The position numbers and the translations under genes were made by a program. Of a stretch of 50,101 bases of DNA, positions 1 to 9,048 are shown one piece after another; the first letter of the stretch is position 1; every line of letters starts with the position of its first letter. The notes beneath the pieces are model-generated. The model saw nothing but the letters and a program-made list of their open reading frames with translations, did not search any database and was not told the origin of the DNA. The DNA lies in the NCBI GenBank assembly GCA_964448475.1, contig CAYVBA010000004.1, forward strand, positions 1 through 50,101, read 5' to 3'. Source of the stretch: an uncultured Coriobacteriales bacterium. Its GTDB lineage: Bacteria > Actinomycetota > Coriobacteriia > Coriobacteriales > CAYVBA01.

Positions 1-1278
1 ACCGCTGCGGGCTGGCTGTTCTGGTTCGCGCTCGGCGCCGCCGTCATCACCGCGCTCGTCTGGTCGGTAGTCGGGCTCCCCGATCAGGCCGTCATTCGCA
101 GCATCACGGTGCTCGTGATCGCCTGCCCGCACGCCCTCGGCCTGGCCATCCCGCTGGTGATCGCCATCTCCACCGAACGTGCCGCGCGTTCCGGTGTGCT
201 GATCAAGGACCGGATGGCACTGGAGCGCATGCGTACCATCGACGTGGTGCTCTTCGATAAGACCGGCACCCTGACCGAAGGTGCGCACGCGGTCACCGGC
301 CTGGCCCCGGTACCCGGCACCTCGGAAGGACAACTGCTGGCCCTGGCGGCCGCCGCCGAGGCCGACAGTGAACACCCCGTCGCCCGGGCGATTGTCACCA
401 CCGCGGGTGAGCATCCCGAGGCCTCACAAATGAGGCTGCAGGGCACGGGCTTTACCGCGGCCTCCGGCCGGGGCGTGCGCGCTACCGTTAATGGTTCCGA
501 GATCCTCGTCGGCGGGCCGAACATGCTCCGCGAATTCAACCTGACCAGCCCCGAGGTGCTCGATGAGCAGACCGAGGAGTGGACTCAGCGCGGGGCCGGA
601 GTCCTCCACGTGGTGCGTGACGGACAGGTCATCGGTGCCCTGGCCGTTGAAGACCGGGTGCGCCCCGAATCCCGCGCGGCCGTACGTGCCCTGCAAGACC
701 GCGACGTCAAGGTCGCGATGATCACCGGGGATGCCACCCAGGTCGCCCAGGCCGTCGGTGAGGATCTGGGCATCGATGAAGTCTTCGCCGAGGTCCTCCC
801 CCAGGACAAGGACACCAAGGTCACCGAGCTGCAGGCCCGCGGCCTGACCGTGGCCATGGTCGGCGACGGCGTCAACGACGCCCCGGCACTGGCCCGGGCC
901 GACGTCGGCCTCGCCATCGGTGCCGGCACCGATGTGGCCATGGAATCCGCCGGAGTGGTGCTCGCCAGCGACGATCCCCGGGCGGTGCTGTCGATGATCA
1001 CCCTGTCACAGGCCAGCTACCGCAAGATGATCCAGAACCTGGTGTGGGCGTCTGGCTACAACATCCTCGCCGTGCCCCTGGCCGCCGGCGTGCTCGCCCC
1101 CATCGGATTCGTGCTCTCCCCGGCCGTCGGCGCGATCCTGATGTCCCTATCGACCATCATCGTCGCCCTCAACGCCCAACTACTACGGCGCATCAATCTG
1201 GAGCCGGCCCACCTGGCCCCGACCCACGGACAGGAGGACCATGTCCAGCTGACCTCGCCGGCGGCCACCAGCCACTGA
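1..1278 (+). CDS. Heavy-metal (copper-type) P1B-type ATPase, C-terminal part; 5' end lies outside the window
   Basis: Frame 1 is open from nt 1. Motifs seen: CPH in a TM helix (VIACPHALGLAIP), phosphorylation motif DKTGTLT, hinge GDGVNDAPAL, two C-terminal TM helices. Very GC-rich (44/60 G+C in the first 60 nt). Confidence 0.9.
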   Translation, partial: TAAGWLFWFALGAAVITALVWSVVGLPDQAVIRSITVLVIACPHALGLAIPLVIAISTERAARSGVLIKDRMALERMRTIDVVLFDKTGTLTEGAHAVTGLAPVPGTSEGQLLALAAAAEADSEHPVARAIVTTAGEHPEASQMRLQGTGFTAASGRGVRATVNGSEILVGGPNMLREFNLTSPEVLDEQTEEWTQRGAGVLHVVRDGQVIGALAVEDRVRPESRAAVRALQDRDVKVAMITGDATQVAQAVGEDLGIDEVFAEVLPQDKDTKVTELQARGLTVAMVGDGVNDAPALARADVGLAIGAGTDVAMESAGVVLASDDPRAVLSMITLSQASYRKMIQNLVWASGYNILAVPLAAGVLAPIGFVLSPAVGAILMSLSTIIVALNAQLLRRINLEPAHLAPTHGQEDHVQLTSPAATSH

Positions 1279-1285
1279 TTCCCCT

Positions 1286-2470
1286 ATGCCCACCCCGCAC
1301 CGTGAGCAAGACCCTCCTGATGATCCCTGGACCACGATGTCGTTCGACAGGAACGGCGCGACTACTATCACATTGGTTGCAGCGCCTAAGAACACGACAG
1401 GGTCCAACGCCACCCTGAATGCCCTTACAGCTGCTGAATTCACGCAGGACATGAAACTCATAGTCCCTCGTGGCAATGTCTTCGTGAGTTCCGATACAGC
1501 CAGGCGATTGGCTCTTGATGAAGAGCAGCTTACATTCTATGGCTCCATGCATGGGAGCGTTGTTCAACAACTATACGGATCCCCTATCGGTGCCACCATC
1601 GATCTCGTCAACTCCAATAACGTGAACATCGGTTTCACCTTCCCCGAGGTGACGTTCGATCAGAACGATGATGGCCTGACAGGCACTGCTCACGATCAGA
1701 TCATCGCTATCGAGAAGATCCAGAATGGTACCCCCGGCGATCAGATGCCCGATGATCCCACCCGGAACGAGGAGCACGGTATTACGTATGAATTCGCTGG
1801 TTGGAATACCGCGCCTGATGGAAGCGGTGAATCATTCACAGCAACCACGACCGTTCCGTACGACATGACGGTCTATGCTACCTGGACTGCAAAGAAACCT
1901 GTCGAAGCTCGGAAGATATGGGCCGATACCCCCGAGGAATTCATCACTCCTGATGTATTCTTCCAGCTTTACAGGACATCGGTCGTAGAAGAGATCGTTC
2001 AAGATGCGCTCGTAGCAGTAGATGAGAACGGTATCGCGGACTTCGGCCTCCAACCCATCGCGGATACTGAAGGACAACTCTACGAGTATTCCGTGCGAGA
2101 AGTTGATTCGAATGGTGATGATTTCGTTCCAACTGACTTCGAGAAGCTCGAAGACGGCTTAACCGTGACCAATACCTACATCGAACCGGTGGTCGACCCT
2201 GAGGATCCGCCCACCCCTATCGACCCCACAGATCCTGAGGAACCCTCGACTCCAACGGAGCCGACAAGGCCTGTTATTCCGGTCACCCCTGACGAACCCT
2301 CAGCCACGGTGATCGAGCCTACTGCCCAGACTCCGAGCGAAACCAAGGAGGCTTCTCCGAGAACCAGCGACACGAACACTCCTCTCGGATCCATCGCCAT
2401 CATAGGTATAGCATCGGCTCTGATCGGACTCGGACTCCTACGTTCGGCAAGATACAAGGTAGGCGAGTGA
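1286..2470 (+). CDS. Cell-wall-anchored surface protein fragment (Flg_new/Listeria-Bacteroides repeat + Cna-B-type domain + Pro-rich stalk + sorting-signal-like tail); probably 5'-truncated
   Basis: YEFAGWNTAPDGSGESF...MTVYATW matches the Flg_new repeat. KIWAD...FQLYR...YEYSVREV...LTVTNTY is Cna-B-like. PxP-rich stalk, then SPRTSD + hydrophobic helix + RSARYK tail. No N-terminal signal peptide. Confidence 0.6.
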   Translation: MPTPHREQDPPDDPWTTMSFDRNGATTITLVAAPKNTTGSNATLNALTAAEFTQDMKLIVPRGNVFVSSDTARRLALDEEQLTFYGSMHGSVVQQLYGSPIGATIDLVNSNNVNIGFTFPEVTFDQNDDGLTGTAHDQIIAIEKIQNGTPGDQMPDDPTRNEEHGITYEFAGWNTAPDGSGESFTATTTVPYDMTVYATWTAKKPVEARKIWADTPEEFITPDVFFQLYRTSVVEEIVQDALVAVDENGIADFGLQPIADTEGQLYEYSVREVDSNGDDFVPTDFEKLEDGLTVTNTYIEPVVDPEDPPTPIDPTDPEEPSTPTEPTRPVIPVTPDEPSATVIEPTAQTPSETKEASPRTSDTNTPLGSIAIIGIASALIGLGLLRSARYKVGE

Positions 2471-2475
2471 TAACC

Positions 2476-5373
2476 TCAGACGTCGCTCTCTTCTCGCCAT
2501 GCAGCGAGGTAGTCGGCCACGTCACCGATCGGGACCGCATCGTGCTCGACCTTCGGGAGCGACTTCAGGAATCGGGAGCCGTATCGCTTGCTGAGCACGC
2601 GGCTGTCGGCGATGACCAGACAGCCTCGGTCGGTCGATGACCTGATCAGACGACCCGCCGCCTGCTTGACCGTGAGCACCGCTTCAGGGAGCGTGAACTT
2701 GCCCCATGCACCTTGGATGCGAAGTTCGCGCTCCTTGGCCAGTGGATCGGTGGGCAGCGGGAACGGGAGTTTGGCTATGACCACGCAGCGCAGCGTGTCC
2801 CCGCCGGCGTCGAACCCCTCCCAGAAGGTCCGGAGGGCGAGAAGGGACGAGGTCTCGTCCTCTATGAAGCGTTCGCGGAGCCGTTTCGCGCTCGTACCGC
2901 GCGTCTGGCACGCGAGCGACAGTCCCTCCGCAGCGAGCCGCGGCTTGAGGACGCGGTACATGGCCTCCATCTCACGCCGGTTGGTGAACAGCGTGAGCGT
3001 CGAGCCACCCATGCCCACGTGAGTATGGAAGAGCAGCTCCTCGAGTGCGCCCAAGTACGCCGGTGAGCGCGGATCGGGCATGTCAGGCGGCACGATGACG
3101 CTCATGTTGGAGTCGTAGTCGTATCCGGATGGGATCCGCGCCGTCATGACCCGTTCGGGGTCAACGCGGTCGAGTCCGGTACCTGCAAGGAAATGGTCGA
3201 ACTTCTCGCCCACCGCTATGGTGGCCGACGTGAAGACGATGCTCCTGGTCTCGGGATACAGCTCCTCGATGAAGGCCTCGCCGATGTCTATGCGCGCTGC
3301 GGTGAGCGTCTCCACCCCGCGATTCTCGCGGCGGTCCAGATGCGCGGAGAAGCAGTAGCGATCATCGCTCCCATCCAGCACGAGCTTGAGCGCCATGTGG
3401 GCGGATCTGAGTCGGCTCGTAGCTCCCGCGAGGTCCGAGCGCACGTCCGCCGACACATCCTCGCAGAGGTCGCGGATACCATCCAACCGGCTCAGCAGCT
3501 GCTCCAGCTTCTGCTCGAGGGATGCCCCCGTGCGCGAAAGCATGCCCCACGTACCGCTTTCCCGCACCTGAGGATCGATCCAGAGAGTCGCCCGATCGTA
3601 CGCCGCGTCCCCTTCGACCTCGCCGAGCTCCTTCACGAACGAGAAGAACGAAGGCACCAGCGCCGCGAGCGGCTCCAGTGCTTGCTGAGCCCGAGCCGTC
3701 GCAGCGGCGAGGACCGGACCCCCTTCGGTCTTCTTGGATGCCTCGAAGAGTCGGGCCAGCACGCCCGAGCGACGAGCACCCAGCACATCCATGACGGCGG
3801 AGAGCTCAGGAAGCGAGACCGAGAGCGCCCATTGCTCACGCGCCTCGCGCTCGGCGGTGTGCGCCTCATCGATCACGAGATGCCGCAGTGGAGGAAGCAG
3901 TGCTCCATCCGTGGCCACATCCCGGAACAGCAGCGAGTGATTGGTCACCACGATGTCCGCGGTGTTCGCCCGCTGACGCGCCCCATGCACGAAGCACGAG
4001 CGCGGATAGTACGGGCAGAACCGCTTGACGCATTCCGCGGAAGTGGAGACGGCGGCGGATTTATGCAGCGCGTGCCAGTAGACGGGAGCCGCATCCAGAT
4101 CCCCGTCACGCGTCTCGGCGGAGAACGCTAGCAGGATCGCGATCGTGGAGAGCTGCTCGTCATCCATGTCCTTGTCACCATGCACGAGGATGTCCAGCTT
4201 CCGCATGCAGGGGTAATGCTCGTAACCCTTGAGTGCTGCCCAGCGGAGTGGTTCGTCCATCACCCGCGCCAGTGCCGGAAGCTCATGGTGCACGAGCTGA
4301 TCCATGAGGGCGTTCGTCTTCGTGGCCACGCCCACCGTCACCCGGTTCTCCTGCGCGAGTGCTACGGCCGGTACCAGGTATGCGATGGACTTCCCTACCC
4401 CCGTACCTGCCTCTATGACGGCGAACGCGTCCTTCTCGAACGCATCCACCACAACGCGCGCCATCTGAGCCTGCTCCGGGCGAGGCTCGTAGCCCTCGTA
4501 CATGCGGGACACCACACCTCCCGGCGCGAACGCCGCGTCCACATCCTCGTGGCTGAGCGTCCGGAGGGCTCCCATGTCCTCGGCGTCCGGTCTCGGCTCG
4601 GCCTCGATGCGGGCTATGCGGTCCTTGCGTGATGCGAGGAGCGAGAATGTCGTGTCCGGCGTGCGACCGGCCAGCATACGGAAGATGGGGCGGATACCCC
4701 ACTGGACCGACGGGTGCAGATCGGCGAGGCGGTTCATGAGACCGGGCGGCAACTCCGAAAGCGCTAGCAGGATGATGCGCCAGAGTCCGGCGAGGGCGGT
4801 CACGTCGTCATTCGCTCGGTGGGTCGCGCCATCCAGCTCGAAGGCGGCAGCGAGCTGCATGAGCGCATGCGATCTCAAGCGCGGGAGCGCGATCCGCGCC
4901 AGAGGCAGTGTGTCGTACCAGGTGTCCATCAGATGGACGCCCGTCGTGCGTGCGGCACGCTCCAGGACAGCCCGATCGAAGGATGCGTTGTGTGCGACGA
5001 GTGGCGCTCCAGCCACGAAGGAAGCGAGCTGCTCGACCACAGCCCACGACTCAGGAGCATCAGCCACCATGGCATCGGTGATGCCGGTGAGCTCCACTAT
5101 CTCCGGTGGGATCGGTCTTATCGGTCTGCAGAACGAGTCGAAGCGCTCCACGATCTCAGGCCCGCGCATACGCGCTGCCGCCACTTGGATGAGTTCACAG
5201 GACGCGGGGTCGACTCCGGTCGTCTCGGTATCCACGATGACGACGTCCTCCTCGAACAGCCCTGCCTCGAACGAGGGCGCACGGGAGGCGAGCGTCGCAT
5301 AGCGCGCTATGACATCGGGGTCGGTCCCCGGGATGATGAGGTCGAGCAGAGCCGGGTGGAGCGATGTGGTCAC
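2476..5373 (-). CDS. dinG: DinG-family ATP-dependent DNA helicase with N-terminal DEDDh 3'-5' exonuclease domain
   Basis: Exo motifs VDTETTG, AHNASFD, HRANDDV. Walker A GTGVGKS, DEAH box (VIDEAHT). Four Cys between Walker A and B (C-x58-C-x5-C-x6-C). GTG start overlaps the upstream stop (GTGA). Confidence 0.88.
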   Translation of the reverse strand: MTTSLHPALLDLIIPGTDPDVIARYATLASRAPSFEAGLFEEDVVIVDTETTGVDPASCELIQVAAARMRGPEIVERFDSFCRPIRPIPPEIVELTGITDAMVADAPESWAVVEQLASFVAGAPLVAHNASFDRAVLERAARTTGVHLMDTWYDTLPLARIALPRLRSHALMQLAAAFELDGATHRANDDVTALAGLWRIILLALSELPPGLMNRLADLHPSVQWGIRPIFRMLAGRTPDTTFSLLASRKDRIARIEAEPRPDAEDMGALRTLSHEDVDAAFAPGGVVSRMYEGYEPRPEQAQMARVVVDAFEKDAFAVIEAGTGVGKSIAYLVPAVALAQENRVTVGVATKTNALMDQLVHHELPALARVMDEPLRWAALKGYEHYPCMRKLDILVHGDKDMDDEQLSTIAILLAFSAETRDGDLDAAPVYWHALHKSAAVSTSAECVKRFCPYYPRSCFVHGARQRANTADIVVTNHSLLFRDVATDGALLPPLRHLVIDEAHTAEREAREQWALSVSLPELSAVMDVLGARRSGVLARLFEASKKTEGGPVLAAATARAQQALEPLAALVPSFFSFVKELGEVEGDAAYDRATLWIDPQVRESGTWGMLSRTGASLEQKLEQLLSRLDGIRDLCEDVSADVRSDLAGATSRLRSAHMALKLVLDGSDDRYCFSAHLDRRENRGVETLTAARIDIGEAFIEELYPETRSIVFTSATIAVGEKFDHFLAGTGLDRVDPERVMTARIPSGYDYDSNMSVIVPPDMPDPRSPAYLGALEELLFHTHVGMGGSTLTLFTNRREMEAMYRVLKPRLAAEGLSLACQTRGTSAKRLRERFIEDETSSLLALRTFWEGFDAGGDTLRCVVIAKLPFPLPTDPLAKERELRIQGAWGKFTLPEAVLTVKQAAGRLIRSSTDRGCLVIADSRVLSKRYGSRFLKSLPKVEHDAVPIGDVADYLAAWREESDV

Positions 5374-5963
5374 GAAAGTTCTTTGCGGAGGATGTTCACG
5401 AAGTCCTTGGCGTTGCCAAGGTCTTCGGCGAGCTCCTCGGTCTTGTCCGTGTAGCCCACGTGCTTCCAGAAGGACTCCGAATCAGGTCTGGTGGGAAGCG
5501 AGAGGATGGATGTAGCCTTCACCTCAGCGGTGCGGGCGACCTCCTCCACCTCCGCGATGAGACGCGATCCGATCCCCTGCAGTCGATGTACGGGATCCAG
5601 CAGCAGCTGCTCGATGGCCCATTCATCCGACTTCGGCCAGCCCATGATCACGTGCGCGTAGGCGACGAGCGTGCCGTCGTTGTATGCGCGGAACAGGAGC
5701 TTGTCCGAGATGCTCTTCCCTTCCGGAGCGAGCTCGAGCTCCTCCTCTATGGGAAGTGGGTGCAGTTCGTGTCCGGTCGCGCTCATGAAGTTCTCGAGGG
5801 CGCGGTCACGGAGCTTCTCCAACTCCACGATCTCCGGACGGGATAGCTGGTTCATGCCTACATAGCCGATCTGCACTCCCGTACGGGAGGCAGCGCGCCA
5901 TTTATCCTCGACGTACCGCTCGAAACCCTTCGGCGGTTCGTCTCCGGTCGGCAGCTTTGCCAT
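5370..5963 (-). CDS. GNAT-family N-acetyltransferase
   Basis: Acetyl-CoA motif region LLLDPVHRLQGIGSRLI and GNAT-like beta/alpha pattern. 4-nt overlap with dinG start. Confidence 0.65.
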   Translation of the reverse strand: MAKLPTGDEPPKGFERYVEDKWRAASRTGVQIGYVGMNQLSRPEIVELEKLRDRALENFMSATGHELHPLPIEEELELAPEGKSISDKLLFRAYNDGTLVAYAHVIMGWPKSDEWAIEQLLLDPVHRLQGIGSRLIAEVEEVARTAEVKATSILSLPTRPDSESFWKHVGYTDKTEELAEDLGNAKDFVNILRKELS

Positions 5964-5975
5964 AGGTCCTCCTCG

Positions 5976-6512
5976 TCATTCAGCTCGATCGAGGGCCTGC
6001 TCCATGTTGTCGATGATCGTATCCACTGCACAACAGCTTGAAGCGTTCGCTTCCTCGTCCTCACCGTGATGGTGGTCGTGGTCGTCGGAGGCGATCCTCT
6101 CGAGCTTCCGCGCATCGATCCTGCTCGCAGGATCGATCCCCTTACGTTCCAGATAGTCCGCTACCGCCGCAGCTACCGCTTCCTCAGCGAGGAGCGAGCA
6201 GTGCACCTTCACGGGCGGCAGCCCATCGAGCGCATCCGCTACGGCCTGGTTCGAGACCTCGAGGGCCTCGTCGATCGTCTTTCCTTTCACCATCTCCGTG
6301 GCCATGGACGACGTCGCGACCGCAGCTCCGCACCCGTAGGTCTTGAAGCTGATGTCCTCGATGACTTCGGTCTCCTCGTTCACCTTGAGGTACATCCTCA
6401 TGATGTCACCGCACTTCATATTACCAACTTCGCCGACCGCATTGGCGTCCGCGAGCTCACCCACGTTCCGCGGGTTGTTGAAGTGCTCCATCATGGTTTC
6501 CGAATACAGCAT
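5976..6512 (-). CDS. nifU: Fe-S cluster assembly scaffold NifU/IscU-like with His-rich C-terminal extension
   Basis: MEHFNNPRNVG, GNMKCGD, TYGCGAAVA, VHCSLLAEEA (three conserved Cys). Extra tail DDHDHHHGEDEE...SSCCAV. Confidence 0.9.
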   Translation of the reverse strand: MLYSETMMEHFNNPRNVGELADANAVGEVGNMKCGDIMRMYLKVNEETEVIEDISFKTYGCGAAVATSSMATEMVKGKTIDEALEVSNQAVADALDGLPPVKVHCSLLAEEAVAAAVADYLERKGIDPASRIDARKLERIASDDHDHHHGEDEEANASSCCAVDTIIDNMEQALDRAE

Positions 6513-6575
6513 CTCGCCACTCCTTTGCAGCGTTGATATCCATCAGTGAGGAAGTCAGCGGACTCCCGTTAGGAA

Positions 6576-7844
6576 CTAGTAACCCCACGCGCGGTGCGCG
6601 AACGCCTCCGGATCATCCTCGACCCGTTCGATCCCCGCACTCCTCAGACCCGAGACCTTATCGTCCCAGACCGGCGAGAACGCACGCAGCCTCTCGATGA
6701 TACTCGGTAGTGTCTCGATGATGTAGTCCACATCCTCGTCCGTGTTGTAGTCGGAGAGCGACATGCGCAGCGAGCCGTGCGCTTGTCCGTGCTCCAGGCC
6801 CAGGGCGAGAAGGACGTGGCTGGGGTCGAGCGAACCCGATGAGCAGGCCGAGCCCGATGAGACCGCGATCCCCGCGGCGTCCATCATCAAGGTCATGGCC
6901 TCGCCTTCGATGTATTCGATGATGATCGAGGCGATACCGGGCAGACGCTCTTCGCGGTCGCCTGTCGAATACGAGTACGGGATCCGCTTCGTGAGCTCAT
7001 CCATGAGGCGGTCGCGCATTGCAGCCACGCGCGGGCCTTCCTCCGGCATGCGCTCCATGCTCAGTGCGAGTGCCTCGGTCAGTCCCACGATGTTCGCTAT
7101 GTTCTCGGTTCCCGAACGCTTGCCGTTCTCATGCCCACCGCCGGTGATCAATGCGGGAAGCCTCACGCCCTTGCGGATGTAGAGGACACCGGTCGATTTC
7201 GGGCCGTGGAACTTGTGCGCGGAGAGGGACAGCATGTCCACTCCCAGCTCGGCTACATCCACGGGGATATGGCCGACCGCCTGGACGGCATCCGTATGGA
7301 AGAGGACTCCAGCTTCGCGGGCGACCTGCGCGAGCTCCTTCACGCGGAGGATCGTGCCGATCTCGTTGTTGCCCAGCATGATGGAGACGAGCACCGTGTC
7401 CGGACGGATCGCTGCAGCGAGGTCTTCCGCTGACACATGCCCGCGTGCGTCCACCGGGAGGTACGTGGTCTCGACATCCCCGATCCTCTCGAGATGATCG
7501 AGCGTATGCGTGATCGCATGGTGCTCGATGGCCGAGGTGATCACATGCTTGCCCTTGGCACGGTTGAGCTCCAACGCGCCGCGGATGGCCCAGTTGTCAC
7601 TCTCGGTGCCGCCGCTCGTGAAGTAGATCTCCGACGTCATGGCCCCGAGGAAACCGGCCACGCGCTCACGGCATGACTCGAGCGTGCGCTTAACGTCGCG
7701 CGCGGTGGAGTAGAAACCGTTGGCGTTCGCGTAGCCTTCGGTCAGATACGGCATCATCGCATCGAGGGCTTCCGGTGCGATCTTGGTGGTCGCTGCGTTA
7801 TCAGCGTAAACGAAGCGCTCGTGCGCCTCAGGGGTTCCTGTCAT
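6576..7844 (-). CDS. nifS: Cysteine desulfurase (NifS/IscS class)
   Basis: PLP-lysine motif SAHKFHGPKSTG, active-site loop SSGSACSSGS, full-length aminotransferase class V pattern. Confidence 0.93.
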   Translation of the reverse strand: MTGTPEAHERFVYADNAATTKIAPEALDAMMPYLTEGYANANGFYSTARDVKRTLESCRERVAGFLGAMTSEIYFTSGGTESDNWAIRGALELNRAKGKHVITSAIEHHAITHTLDHLERIGDVETTYLPVDARGHVSAEDLAAAIRPDTVLVSIMLGNNEIGTILRVKELAQVAREAGVLFHTDAVQAVGHIPVDVAELGVDMLSLSAHKFHGPKSTGVLYIRKGVRLPALITGGGHENGKRSGTENIANIVGLTEALALSMERMPEEGPRVAAMRDRLMDELTKRIPYSYSTGDREERLPGIASIIIEYIEGEAMTLMMDAAGIAVSSGSACSSGSLDPSHVLLALGLEHGQAHGSLRMSLSDYNTDEDVDYIIETLPSIIERLRAFSPVWDDKVSGLRSAGIERVEDDPEAFAHRAWGY

Positions 7845-7870
7845 CTCAGATTGGTCCTTCCGTGGATCGT

Positions 7871-8314
7871 CTAGTCGTTCTCGGGACAGACGGCGTCCAT
7901 CGCACCGTTCTCAGACACGAGGTCCGCCAAGGTGATGGAGTCGACGACACCTTCTATGGCTTCACGGATCCTCCGCCAGACCTCGACGGTGGCGCAGTCC
8001 ACCATACGGTCGCACCCGCCACCGTCCATCTCGCTCACGCAACGGACGGGAGCGAGATCGCCTTCAACGGTGCGGAGTACATCGCCTACTGTGATCTCAT
8101 CCGCGGGCTTGGTGAGGAAGTAGCCGCCCAGCACGCCGCGGATACTTGAGACGTAGCCGGCCTTGACCAGAGGGCGCACGAGTTGCTCGAGGTACTTCTC
8201 GGACAGATGCTGACGCTCCGAGATCTCACGGATCGACCGATTAACGCCTGGCTCAAGCGTCGCCAGGTCGACCATCATGCGCAGAGCGTATCTACCTTTG
8301 GTCGAGATCTGCAT
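7871..8314 (-). CDS. Rrf2-family transcriptional regulator (IscR-like)
   Basis: MQISTKGRYALRMMVDLA N-terminal wHTH. Cys triad CVSEMDGGGCDRMVDC. Heads the nifS-nifU string. Confidence 0.88.
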   Translation of the reverse strand: MQISTKGRYALRMMVDLATLEPGVNRSIREISERQHLSEKYLEQLVRPLVKAGYVSSIRGVLGGYFLTKPADEITVGDVLRTVEGDLAPVRCVSEMDGGGCDRMVDCATVEVWRRIREAIEGVVDSITLADLVSENGAMDAVCPEND

Positions 8315-8421
8315 GACTACCTCTTCCGAACCTCGAATGCCATCGGGAATACTTCTATCCTGTGAATACCCTACATTAGAACAACACGCGCGGAAATGTG
8401 CTGGGAAGTAAGGAAGTTAGT

Positions 8422-9045
8422 ATGGGTGAACTAAATATCTACATAGCCGATTACCTGGTCATAATCCCCCGGGATGAAACCGAGAGCGATCATCTGGCGA
8501 GTAACGCTGCCATCGTGGGTGAGCCGCTGAGGATCGACTACAACGCGGCCACAGCGGAGTTCGTCGTACTCGGCCGTGGAGATGCTGAGCTCGGCGTGAT
8601 AACGCCCGATGATCCTGAGGCGCTGAGGATCGCCCTCGAGAACGGTTACGAAGGCCACGTCACGCTCTCCCTCGTGGCGTACGATCCGGACGAGAAGCAC
8701 TTCATCGGCGAGCTCGTCTACCAGTTCTTCCATGCCAGCTCGATCCTGGGTGACACGGATGTGCCGCTCCAAGGGTTCATGGCGCGTGTTCCTGAGCGGA
8801 TCGCATCAGGTGAGAGGCCGCGCGTCACCATGGACACACCGGGATCCACCAAGCCCCCTGTCGGATCGCAGCCGCTCCCCGAGCTTCCCACGGGAGGCGC
8901 TGTCATGAAGCGCAGGAAGTCACTGGCGGACAAGCTCGTGCTGGCCGCTTACAAGAACGAACCCGGCTGCGCGTTGGTGAGCGGGCTCGTCCTTCTCGCC
9001 CTGCTCGGGGGTGTCATCTATCTGATCGTCAGATTCGTGTTCTGA
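8422..9045 (+). CDS. Hypothetical tail-anchored membrane protein
   Basis: ATG at 8422 preceded by AAGGAAG. Soluble N-domain, Pro-rich linker, single C-terminal TM helix (ALVSGLVLLALLGGVIYLIV). No recognisable family. Confidence 0.5.
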   Translation: MGELNIYIADYLVIIPRDETESDHLASNAAIVGEPLRIDYNAATAEFVVLGRGDAELGVITPDDPEALRIALENGYEGHVTLSLVAYDPDEKHFIGELVYQFFHASSILGDTDVPLQGFMARVPERIASGERPRVTMDTPGSTKPPVGSQPLPELPTGGAVMKRRKSLADKLVLAAYKNEPGCALVSGLVLLALLGGVIYLIVRFVF

Positions 9046-9048
9046 CGA

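Noticed and set aside
2180-2350. Possible tandem DNA repeats in the Pro-rich stalk (also 42100-42560)
   Set aside because: These are low-complexity PxP/PA coding sequence without exact DNA repeat units. They are not CRISPR-like or VNTR-like.
3193-4131. 312-aa plus-strand ORF, with several 60-150-aa ORFs, inside the dinG region
   Set aside because: Antisense to a well-supported 965-aa DinG gene. Arg/Pro/Ala-rich composition is typical of non-coding frames in GC-rich DNA, and there are no motifs.
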